From: a virus
Taxonomy: Duplodnaviria; Caudoviricetes
Virus record (IMG/VR): IMGVR_UViG_3300040985_001881
Location: 1 to 41,523 of that record
Strand: one strand, 5' to 3'
DNA length: 41,523 nucleotides
Shown: one piece after another, positions 29,020 through 36,964 of the stretch
How positions within the stretch are numbered: the stretch's first letter is position 1
How the letters are laid out: each line of letters starts with the position of its first letter
Notes under the pieces: model-generated
Told to the model about the DNA's origin: nothing
Seen by the model: only the letters and a program-made list of their open reading frames with translations
The model's database searches: none
Position numbers and translations under genes: made by a program

Positions 29020-29290
29020 ACCGCGCGCGCTCCTCTCCAAAACAGAGCTCCCCCTCACAGCATTTGCCCTCTATCTCATCCGGGACATCGCTCTCACCCC
29101 CGGAGGACCCTCCACATCACAAGCCCTCTGCGCAATAGCCGTCGCTCTCGCCACCGCGGGCTACGCCTACAGCCGCGCAACGCACAAAGCATCCAGAGAC
29201 TCACTCCTCGGCCAGCACGCCCAGAGAGAGGCTCACAGAGAGCGCACGCAAGAGCGAAAGAGACACCTCAACCAGACAGAGACCCCATGA
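29003..29290 (+). CDS. Two-TM membrane protein (holin candidate)
   Basis: LPLTAFALYLI and ALCAIAVALATAGYAYSR; charged C-terminal tail. Confidence 0.55.
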   Translation: MGLKVEPRALLSKTELPLTAFALYLIRDIALTPGGPSTSQALCAIAVALATAGYAYSRATHKASRDSLLGQHAQREAHRERTQERKRHLNQTETP

Positions 29291-29502
29291 GCATCAAAAG
29301 AATGAACCCAAAACCCTGCCCTCTCTGCGACGGACCAGCCACCCGCGAACAAGAGCAAGACGGCCCACTCACCTACTGCGCCGATCGCTCCTGCCCCATG
29401 GCACCAGCCACCTTCGATGACACCGACTGGGACTCCCTACCCCGCAGAGAGGACGCCAAGCCCCTCACAGGCGCTCTAGGGGAGCCACTAGAAGGCGAAT
29501 AG
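29287..29502 (+). CDS. Lar-like Zn-finger protein
   Basis: KPCPLCDG...YCADRSC...DWDSLPR; ATGA overlap. Confidence 0.65.
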   Translation: MSIKRMNPKPCPLCDGPATREQEQDGPLTYCADRSCPMAPATFDDTDWDSLPRREDAKPLTGALGEPLEGE

Positions 29503-29776
29503 TAGGTGGTAGATCTCTCGGGGGTGCTAACGCTAGAGCGTGACCTGGGGGCCCCCATACCCCTTCTGTTGGAGGGGGGGAGTCTAGTCCACCAGAGCAG
29601 CTCCTCTCATCAACAGCAGGTGACTAGGTGATCGCTCCGCCTCTGGTAGTGCCCTCTAGCTCCTCTCGCTCTCGGAGAAGACAGGGGAGGAAGAGTATTC
29701 TAGCTGTCTGTGTGTGATGGGACGTTTTTTGTCCTCTCTGCTCACAGCGTGCCTTAGCGGGTGCTGGCTCTTCTCT

Positions 29777-29900
29777 GGTGAGGTGTGCTCTATCCATCCA
29801 TCCAGTCAGGTGACTGATGGCGACTGAGCGCGAGTGGCTTGCTACTAGCGAGCCTTCCGACCCTCTGCTCTGGTGCTAGCTCGGCGGTGAGGTGTGCTCT
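29777..29900 (+). repeat. 15-bp direct repeat GGTGAGGTGTGCTCT (29777-29791, 29886-29900)
   Basis: Exact duplicate seen in the sequence. Confidence 0.85.
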
Positions 29901-30722
29901 CCCGGATACCTCCGCCCGCCGTCCCAAGGGTAAGCGCGAGATGGGCAGATGCAAGCTATTCGGTGTCGTTGTCGGTGCGCCCGCTCCAGTGCTGGGAAAG
30001 CGTCTGTTAAGTGCTTGCTAACTGCCTATGACGAGCGTAAGACGGCTGAGGAAGTGATTCGGGGTCTTAGGGTCAGCTTCTCCGGCGCCACGGGAGATGC
30101 TGGCCCACTCTCGTTAGGGCTGCTCGCTCTCCTGCTATCTCTACTCGCTACCAGAAGAGAAGGCCGGCCCAGGGCCGCGGAGAGCTCCTCCAGACAACCC
30201 AGAGCTATGGCCGCTTCGCGCATCTATCCAGGCAACCCAGAACCAGAAGAAGGCCGCCTTACGGCGCATCTCTCTATCCAGAACGGTTCCTCGAGGATCC
30301 CTGATTGACGGTGACGCTCTCCTACTGCCGCTGCCTCGCAGCCATCGCTTGTCCCTCGGAAGCCTCGGACCAGAACCAGAGCCCTTTTACGGGCAAGTCC
30401 GGCGCGGAGGCGAAGCCGGGCCAAAGGCGAGTCCACGCCGAGGCGCTCCGCACCGGAACCCATACCTGGAGAGGGCAGAGAGCCACGCTCCCAGATTTTC
30501 AGAGCAGCTCGAGCACCACCTGGGCGGCTCCAAACCAGCCCGAGCCAAAGGGCATTCCTAGGCAACAACTACCCATCAACGTCTAGGGAAGATAGCAGGT
30601 AAAAGCCATTCGATTGATTCCATGCCCTCTGAGTCATATGTCGGACGATAGCCGCAGAGGGCCGCACAGGAGCCCACACGGCACAGGCCGAATAGGTGCC
30701 ATTTGCGAGACTCTGGGCAATT

Positions 30723-30790
30723 TATCGGACGAAATAAACGGGAATTGCTGCCATATTGTCCGATATTAGACGATAGTGCATATGGATTGA
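30723..30790 (+). promoter_or_regulatory. Candidate early promoter with inverted-repeat operator
   Basis: AT-rich island; TATCGGAC (30723-30730) / GTCCGATA (30758-30765); TTGTCC-N17-CATATG is a weak sigma70-like match; lies upstream of the first early gene. Confidence 0.4.
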
Positions 30791-30830
30791 GTGACTGACG
30801 ACAACGGGCGCAAGCCCCCAACCAGCAAGG

Positions 30831-31517
30831 ATGCAACCCATGCGATACGAAGTCAAACGATGCGCGGACCACGGTTCACGCACATGCACCGAATGCGAAA
30901 GACAAGACCAGTACCTAGCCGAGCTTGACACCTGCCCCGAGTGCGGACTCACGGACGGCGACCACGACGCGCACTTCTGTTCCCGTAGCCGCAGAAGAGA
31001 GGGCACTAGCACCATTCACGCCCATGCCGTCGCCCACAGTGGCGAAGAGGTCTCCTTTGATGTAGAGATTTCCAGCCTAGCCAATCGCGACTACGAAGAG
31101 CGGAGAGTCCGCCAGAACCATTGGGACCGCACGGGCGAGACTTTGGAATTTGGACACAACCAGGAACCGAAGGCTGGAGACCGCTCGCCCTGGGGACGCA
31201 TCGACGAGGCGAGCCAGCCCCGCGTGCAACTCGACCGCCCCGAGGGCTCAACCCTCGGCACTTGGCAGCACGCAGACGGAGTGCGATTCGTGAGCACCCC
31301 AAGCCACGGAGGCTTCTGGGTTGCAGCGGAACGACTCACAGAGATACCTATTCGGTGGCGCGAATTCGCCGCTAAGTGGTCGCGCGGTTTCGGCCCGCAA
31401 TGGTTCGAGGAGGACGCCGCCGCGGTAGTTGTGGCCGCGCTGCTGCTCAAAGAGCCCCGCGCTATGGCCTACCTACAGAGCATGGAGCAGCGCTATTTCC
31501 CCGAGGTGACAGCATGA
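30831..31517 (+). CDS. Zn-binding N-terminus plus DUF7007-like domain protein
   Basis: CADH..CTEC, CPECG..H..H; SPWG...ADGVRFVSTPSHGGFWV...WFEED. Confidence 0.6.
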   Translation: MQPMRYEVKRCADHGSRTCTECERQDQYLAELDTCPECGLTDGDHDAHFCSRSRRREGTSTIHAHAVAHSGEEVSFDVEISSLANRDYEERRVRQNHWDRTGETLEFGHNQEPKAGDRSPWGRIDEASQPRVQLDRPEGSTLGTWQHADGVRFVSTPSHGGFWVAAERLTEIPIRWREFAAKWSRGFGPQWFEEDAAAVVVAALLLKEPRAMAYLQSMEQRYFPEVTA

Positions 31518-31720
31518 AGCACAGCAAACAAGAGCTAGCCCGAGCCTCATGGGCGGACCTACTGAGGGACGCACGCACAGCACGCCACCAGGCGCAGCAC
31601 GGGCCATTCTATCCGCCCACGGTCACCGCTAGCGACCTGAACGCATACGCGCAAGAGTGCAGGAACGCGGCCAAGGGATACAGCGCAATCGTCCGCAGCA
31701 TGAAGGAGCCCAAAGCATGA
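31514..31720 (+). CDS. Hypothetical protein
   Basis: GAGGTG SD; ATGA overlaps at both ends. Confidence 0.7.
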   Translation: MKHSKQELARASWADLLRDARTARHQAQHGPFYPPTVTASDLNAYAQECRNAAKGYSAIVRSMKEPKA

Positions 31721-33135
31721 GACCCGCGCAAAACGTGATGAGCTTCGAAGCCCCAGCAGCTCCGGCACCCTATCGAGTCGTCGACCTATTCGCAGGAGGC
31801 GGAGGCGCAAGCCTAGGAATCCACCAGGCGCTAGGGTGCTCGCCTCTCTTCGCACTGAACCACGACCCGGCAGCCATCGAGATGCACCGGGAGAACCACC
31901 CGCACACCGAGCACGCCATCAGCGACGTTTTCGAGATCGACCCGCGAAAGGAGGAATTCGCCTATCTATCAGACCTTGACGCCCTGTGGGCTTCGCCGGA
32001 TTGTCGCCACTTCAGCAAGGCAAAAGGTGCCGCGCTCGTCTCCGCCAAAGTTCGCGGACTCGCTTGGTCTACCATTGCCTGGCTCAAGGCGAAGCAGCCC
32101 CGAATCCTATTCCTCGAGAACGTCGAAGAGTTCCAAACCTGGGGACCCATCCACCGAGACCCGGAGCACCCCGAGCACGGACGCCCGATCCAGGCGCGTA
32201 AGGGTGAGACGTTTCGAAAGTTCATCGCCAAGCTAGAGGCACTAGGCTACCGCGCGGAGTGGCGCACCTTGAACGCCGCCGACTATGGCGCACCCACCGC
32301 ACGCAGGCGCCTATTCCTAATCGCACGCCGAGACGGGCAGACAATCAACTGGCCCAAGGCGACGCACGGCCCCGGCTTGAAGCCATACCACACAGCCGCC
32401 GAGTGCATTGATTGGAGCATTCCGACTTCCTCAATCTTTGGCCGCAAGAAACCGCTAGCCGATAAGACGCTAGCCCGAATTGCCCACGGGATTGTGCGCC
32501 ACGTCATCGACGACCCCGCACCCTACGTTGCGCCCATCGAATGCCAGGACGTTGCCGCGTTCTTCACGCCGCGCTATGGAGAGCGCCCCACACAGGCACC
32601 CAGGAGCCGCGACATTCGCCGCCCAATGCCGACAGTCGTAGGGACCGGGAACGGTGCTAGCCTAGTGTCAGTGATGCTTTCGAAGCATTACGGCGGAGTA
32701 GTCGGGAACCGTCTCGACCAGCCACTAGGCACAATCACAAGCAGCGACAGCCAAGGACCTACGGCCGCACGCCTTGAACAGGTCGAACCCAACGAACAGA
32801 CCGACCGAGTAGCCGCGTTCCTAGTGAAGTACTACGGCACCGGACACGGGCAGACGCTCAAGGCACCGCTGCACACAGTCACCACCAAGGGACGCTTCGC
32901 AATGGTGACAGCACGCATCGACGGAGAGACCTACGCAATCACCGATATCGGGATGCGGATGCTACAGCCTCGCGAGCTTGCGAAGGCGCAAGGCTTCCCC
33001 GAGTCATACCACTTGATCGGCACGCAAGCCCAGCAGATAGCAAAGCTAGGGAACAGCGTACCCCCACCAGTCGCCCGCGCCCTAGTCGCGAGCAACGTAC
33101 CCGCACGCCCCAACCCCAACACCTTCCAAGCATGA
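31717..33135 (+). CDS. DNA (cytosine-5) methyltransferase
   Basis: Motif I DLFAGGGG, IV WASPDCRHFS, VI LENVEEF, LNAADYGAP, VIII RRRLF, IX RMLQPREL..QGFP, X LGNSVPP. Confidence 0.95.
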   Translation: MRPAQNVMSFEAPAAPAPYRVVDLFAGGGGASLGIHQALGCSPLFALNHDPAAIEMHRENHPHTEHAISDVFEIDPRKEEFAYLSDLDALWASPDCRHFSKAKGAALVSAKVRGLAWSTIAWLKAKQPRILFLENVEEFQTWGPIHRDPEHPEHGRPIQARKGETFRKFIAKLEALGYRAEWRTLNAADYGAPTARRRLFLIARRDGQTINWPKATHGPGLKPYHTAAECIDWSIPTSSIFGRKKPLADKTLARIAHGIVRHVIDDPAPYVAPIECQDVAAFFTPRYGERPTQAPRSRDIRRPMPTVVGTGNGASLVSVMLSKHYGGVVGNRLDQPLGTITSSDSQGPTAARLEQVEPNEQTDRVAAFLVKYYGTGHGQTLKAPLHTVTTKGRFAMVTARIDGETYAITDIGMRMLQPRELAKAQGFPESYHLIGTQAQQIAKLGNSVPPPVARALVASNVPARPNPNTFQA

Positions 33136-33323
33136 ACCCCCAACGATTGAACAAGCTCCGCGCATGGGGCAAACGAGACACGCAGGGCAAGCCGACGCCC
33201 AGCACCACGCTAGTCGCAATCGCCCGAGTGCTCAGCGGCCACGAATGGAACGCCAACACCAACGCGCAAATTGCCGACATTCTGCGGGGCGCAGGCTTCC
33301 AAATCGAGGAGCCCGACGCATGA
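33132..33323 (+). CDS. Hypothetical protein
   Basis: ATGA overlaps at both ends; 63 aa. Confidence 0.65.
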   Translation: MNPQRLNKLRAWGKRDTQGKPTPSTTLVAIARVLSGHEWNANTNAQIADILRGAGFQIEEPDA

Positions 33324-33418
33324 GCTGCCAACGTGAACCAGTCCAGAACGCCAACGGAGGCGGCTGGGGATTGCCCCTTGCCATTTTTACCATCGTCCTA
33401 CTTACCTTCCTGATCTGA
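33320..33418 (+). CDS. 32-aa membrane peptide
   Basis: AGGAG SD; ATGA overlap; TM LPLAIFTIVLLTFLI; TGATG coupling to the next gene. Confidence 0.55.
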   Translation: MSCQREPVQNANGGGWGLPLAIFTIVLLTFLI

Positions 33419-33858
33419 TGAAACGCTACACAATCATATCGTGCGGAGGCTTGAAGCAAGCCGGAACGCACCCCGCCGAAGAGCTCTACACGTCGAGCAA
33501 TTTCCGAATGACACTAGCCGCAGCGGAGACCATCGCCGACGAGGTGCTGATTCTCTCCGCTAAGCATGGACTACTACGCCGCTCCCAAGTGGTCGACTGG
33601 TATGACCTGCGAATAGGCGACCCGGGAATGATCTCAGTCCGAGACCTAACGCGCCAGGTCGAGCAACTAGACACCCCGCGCAGCATCACCACGCTACTAC
33701 CGAAAGCCTACGCCCAGCTCATGGACAGAGCGGCCATGCTCGCAGGGCGAGACATTCTAGCGGGATGTCACGTCCACCTATTCGAGGGCACCCGAGGAAT
33801 CGGCGACCAAAGAGCGATATGCAAAGGCTTGATCGACAACCAGGAGCCCGCCCAGTGA
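33418..33858 (+). CDS. DUF6884-like protein
   Basis: IISCGGLK...PAEELYTS...VLILSAKHGL...YDLRI...GIGDQ. Confidence 0.75.
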   Translation: MKRYTIISCGGLKQAGTHPAEELYTSSNFRMTLAAAETIADEVLILSAKHGLLRRSQVVDWYDLRIGDPGMISVRDLTRQVEQLDTPRSITTLLPKAYAQLMDRAAMLAGRDILAGCHVHLFEGTRGIGDQRAICKGLIDNQEPAQ

Positions 33859-34226
33859 GCGCCATGCGATATTGGTGGATCCAGCCGACAGACCGGAAGC
33901 TAGGCGGGTCGGAGCTAGGACGCGGAACACAAGAGGAGGCGGAGAAATTCGCCAGATCGTGGACCGAGTACGAGGCGAAGCGCACCGCCACAAAGAATCA
34001 AAAACGGTTCAGCTTTCAGGAGGCAATAGCCGCCCCGGTCTACCGCACAAAGGAGATCGTCGAACAGTGGCAGATTGACGACTTGAAAGCCTGCCGCCAT
34101 ATCACGATCAAAGACCTAGCCGACGCAAACCAGGCCGAGGAACTACGCCAGGAACAGATGCGCCAAATCCGCGCAGCAAGACAGGCATCGGGCGCGAGCC
34201 CGGACCTATTTGAAGAACTTTACTAA
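33855..34226 (+). CDS. Hypothetical protein
   Basis: AGGAG SD with GTGA overlap. Confidence 0.65.
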   Translation: MSAMRYWWIQPTDRKLGGSELGRGTQEEAEKFARSWTEYEAKRTATKNQKRFSFQEAIAAPVYRTKEIVEQWQIDDLKACRHITIKDLADANQAEELRQEQMRQIRAARQASGASPDLFEELY

Positions 34227-34252
34227 ACCCCAAACCCAACAGGACGCAACCA

Positions 34253-35440
34253 ATGAAACACACACACGAAGGAACCCGGGAAATCATGGAAGGCACGCAC
34301 GCCACCTATTCACCCGAGGACAACAAACTACGATTCTACCCAGCGGGTCGGCTCGACTCGGAAGACTACGCAACCGCGAAGGCTTGCGGGTTCCGATGGG
34401 CCCCGCGCCAGGAGCTATTCGTCTGCCCCGCTTGGAATCCCCAGGCGGAGGACTTGCTAGAGATGTGGTGCGGAGAGATCGGCGACGAGGACACCACCCT
34501 AGGAGAGCGAGCAGCCCAACGCGCCGAGCGTTTCGAAGGCTACAGCGACAACCGAGCACGCGATGCAGAGCAGGCGCACGACGCAGTGCAGGCAATCACC
34601 GAGGGAATCCCACTAGGGCAACCCATCTTGATCGGCCACCATTCCGAGAAGCGAGCACGGAAGGACCAGGAGAAGATAGAGCGAGGCATGGACCGAGCCC
34701 TAAAGGCTTGGAAGACCTCAGAATATTGGGAGTGGAGAGCCAAAGGCGCAATCGCAGATGCCAAGTACAAAGAGCGCCCCGAGGTGAGAGCCCGCAGGAT
34801 CAAACGCCTAGAGGCAGAGCGAAGGAAGCGCGTAGCGAGCTACACGCCGCACGGCCCCGAGTTCATGCAGGAACAAAGCGCGTACCTGGGGCGCCACGAG
34901 GACGGCACGGGGAAATATTGCTGGGAAGAGCACGGCCACGAGACCAAGTGCGACAACTGCAAAGCAGTCCCGCACGTGATGGTAAACAATAAGGGAATCG
35001 GATCGCACCCCGCGCCAGTCGCCAGCCTACCAGCTCGCGAACGCGCACAGGCGCGACACGTCGAGCACCTCGACAGACGCCTAGCCTATGAGCGGACCAT
35101 GCTAGGAGAGCAGGGGGCACTTGACTTGTTGAAGCCAAAGCCGCGCCCCAAGCAGCCCCCGATTCTTAACTACCAGGCCGAGACGATTACCGTCTGGCAA
35201 CGGTACAACCGAGAGCAGCCGGAGATTCTCACTCAGCAGGCAATGACCCGCGCCGAATACGCGAAGGTTTACAAAGACAATAAATGGTGCGTTCTCAGCG
35301 AAGACAAGACCCACCGGATTCGCTTCGCAAGCCTAGGAGGATTCCGCGGGCCCCGGGTTTGCGTGTTCCTCAGCGATTCGAAAGCGCACCCAGTCCCGGC
35401 CCCAGTCGAGCCCGACCAGGCCGAGGAGGTGACAGCGTGA
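34253..35440 (+). CDS. DUF3560-domain protein
   Basis: ATYSPEDNKLR, GFRWAPRQELF, IPLGQPILIGHHSEKRARKD, RARRIKRLEA. Confidence 0.9.
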   Translation: MKHTHEGTREIMEGTHATYSPEDNKLRFYPAGRLDSEDYATAKACGFRWAPRQELFVCPAWNPQAEDLLEMWCGEIGDEDTTLGERAAQRAERFEGYSDNRARDAEQAHDAVQAITEGIPLGQPILIGHHSEKRARKDQEKIERGMDRALKAWKTSEYWEWRAKGAIADAKYKERPEVRARRIKRLEAERRKRVASYTPHGPEFMQEQSAYLGRHEDGTGKYCWEEHGHETKCDNCKAVPHVMVNNKGIGSHPAPVASLPARERAQARHVEHLDRRLAYERTMLGEQGALDLLKPKPRPKQPPILNYQAETITVWQRYNREQPEILTQQAMTRAEYAKVYKDNKWCVLSEDKTHRIRFASLGGFRGPRVCVFLSDSKAHPVPAPVEPDQAEEVTA

Positions 35441-35673
35441 AAATTCACAACGAGCTCCCCGAGAAGTGCCCCGAATGTGGCGTCGAGGACTACAGCCCAA
35501 CGCGCTGCATCGACGGCACCGCATACGATGGAGCGTTTGAGCCGCACTGCCAGGCGCACCAGCCCGAGAAAGACCCAGACGCGCAATCGGTGCGGTTGAT
35601 CTGCCCCGAATGCACGCACACCCTACGGATTTCCGTCGAACTAGCCGACAAAGCAGAGCGAGGCAACCTATGA
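35437..35673 (+). CDS. Small Zn-ribbon protein
   Basis: GGAGG SD; GTGA overlap; two CPEC motifs. Confidence 0.7.
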   Translation: MKIHNELPEKCPECGVEDYSPTRCIDGTAYDGAFEPHCQAHQPEKDPDAQSVRLICPECTHTLRISVELADKAERGNL

Positions 35674-36278
35674 GCCGCCAAGACTTGCGCGAGAAGATGG
35701 AGGCCATGCAGCAGAGCCGAAAGCAAGGCGTGCAAATCGCCGTAGCCCCGACGCTTTACCCGACACCGGACCACGTGGCGGAGATGGTAGCCGACTACCT
35801 CGAGTTGTTCCGAGGATGCACGGTCCTCGAACCGTCAGCGGGAACGGGGCAGCTCATAAAGGTGATCCGCGAACGCATGAACAGCGCCCGGATTGTCGCG
35901 GTAGAGCTCGCGCACGGCCTAGCGCAAATCTTGCATCAGATGCCCGTGCGTACCCTCAACGTGGGAACGGTGATTCACTGTGACGATTTCCTAGCCCGAG
36001 AATGGAGACCGACAGGCACCAACCCCGGCACGAAGTTTGATCGGGTCGCGATGAATCCGCCATTCAACAACCAGGCCGACGTGAAGCACATTCGCCACGC
36101 AGTCGAGCAGCTCGCGGACGGTGGCATCTTGGTAGCGATCTGTGCAGACGGGCCGCGCCAGGAGAAAGCCTTTCCAGAATCCGAGGGGTGGGAGTGGCTT
36201 GAACGGCTACCCTCCGGCACCTTCGCAGGAACGAACGTAAGAACCGCCCTAATCAGATGGAGCAAGCCCCGTGAATAA
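35670..36278 (+). CDS. Class I SAM-dependent (N6-adenine-type) methyltransferase
   Basis: LYPTP, VLEPSAGTG, DFL, FDRVAMNPPF, LPSGTF. Confidence 0.9.
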   Translation: MSRQDLREKMEAMQQSRKQGVQIAVAPTLYPTPDHVAEMVADYLELFRGCTVLEPSAGTGQLIKVIRERMNSARIVAVELAHGLAQILHQMPVRTLNVGTVIHCDDFLAREWRPTGTNPGTKFDRVAMNPPFNNQADVKHIRHAVEQLADGGILVAICADGPRQEKAFPESEGWEWLERLPSGTFAGTNVRTALIRWSKPRE

Positions 36279-36489
36279 GACAGAGAAGCCAACGATCGGA
36301 CGCCCGAACAAGCTAGGCGAATCGGTACGAGTGGACGCACACCTACCGAAGGCCCTAGTCGACCGACTGATAATCCTACAGCGTGCCCCGTGGCTTGTGG
36401 CGCAGTGTGCGCCCGCGAAGGTGACGCGCTCCGACGCGCTCCGGGTGGCTCTAGAGTTCGGACTCGACCGAGCGGAGACGCCTCCCTAG
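36271..36489 (+). CDS. Ribbon-helix-helix transcription regulator
   Basis: GRP...VRVDAHLPKALVDRL...TRSDALRVAL; last gene before the terminators. Confidence 0.7.
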   Translation: MNKTEKPTIGRPNKLGESVRVDAHLPKALVDRLIILQRAPWLVAQCAPAKVTRSDALRVALEFGLDRAETPP

Positions 36490-36523
36490 GCAGAATTGCA
36501 TTAGAGTGAGCCTTGCGATTGAC

Positions 36524-36561
36524 AGACCCGGAGGGTACAAGTACCCCCGGGTCGTTTTTGT
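36524..36561 (+). terminator. Intrinsic terminator of the early cassette
   Basis: GACCCGGAGGGTAC-AA-GTACCCCCGGGTC followed by GTTTTTG. Confidence 0.75.
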
Positions 36562-36651
36562 TGCATCCTTCGACCCGTCACCCTTCAGAGCCTCGGCCCT
36601 GCGGGGTGTCTTTTTTGGCGTGGAACTTTTGATTTTCCATGGCGGAATTCA

Positions 36652-36680
36652 TTGGACGGGGGGGGCTCGTAACCTACACT
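36652..36680 (+). promoter_or_regulatory. Candidate sigma70-type promoter for the recombination block
   Basis: TTGGAC-N17-TACACT upstream of 36722. Confidence 0.4.
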
Positions 36681-36721
36681 CACCTAGCAAGAGTCCCTAA
36701 AAACCTAGCCAACCTGACAGG

Positions 36722-36964
36722 ATGCAACACAACCAGGACAGCGAACCTAATTCGCAACTCAGCACCGAGGCGTTGATCGCACTGATCCGCCCATTCATCG
36801 AGCCCGGACCTATGCGCCGCGGCAATCACATGCTGATCCTTCTGAGCGCCGAGCACTTCGAGAATGTGCGGGCCCTATGGGAGGAGATCATGGGCGAACT
36901 TTCCAAGGAGTCGCTCAAGATGGGCGAGCCGATCCCGCAACTTTCAACACCGGACCAATTCTAA
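36722..36964 (+). CDS. Hypothetical protein
   Basis: 80 aa; TAATG coupling to the annealase gene. Confidence 0.55.
   Translation: MQHNQDSEPNSQLSTEALIALIRPFIEPGPMRRGNHMLILLSAEHFENVRALWEEIMGELSKESLKMGEPIPQLSTPDQF

Larger units (their letters stand above)
29503..30830. other. Large non-coding region, probable physical genome end / terminal-repeat and origin region
   Basis: 1.3 kb without a credible gene between late and early genes; composition switch; short repeats; G/C homopolymer runs at 29520-29580. Confidence 0.6.

Noticed and set aside
29503-30830. CRISPR array or protein-coding genes in the large gap
   Set aside because: Repeats are short and irregularly spaced; track ORFs lack SD, coupling and plausible composition
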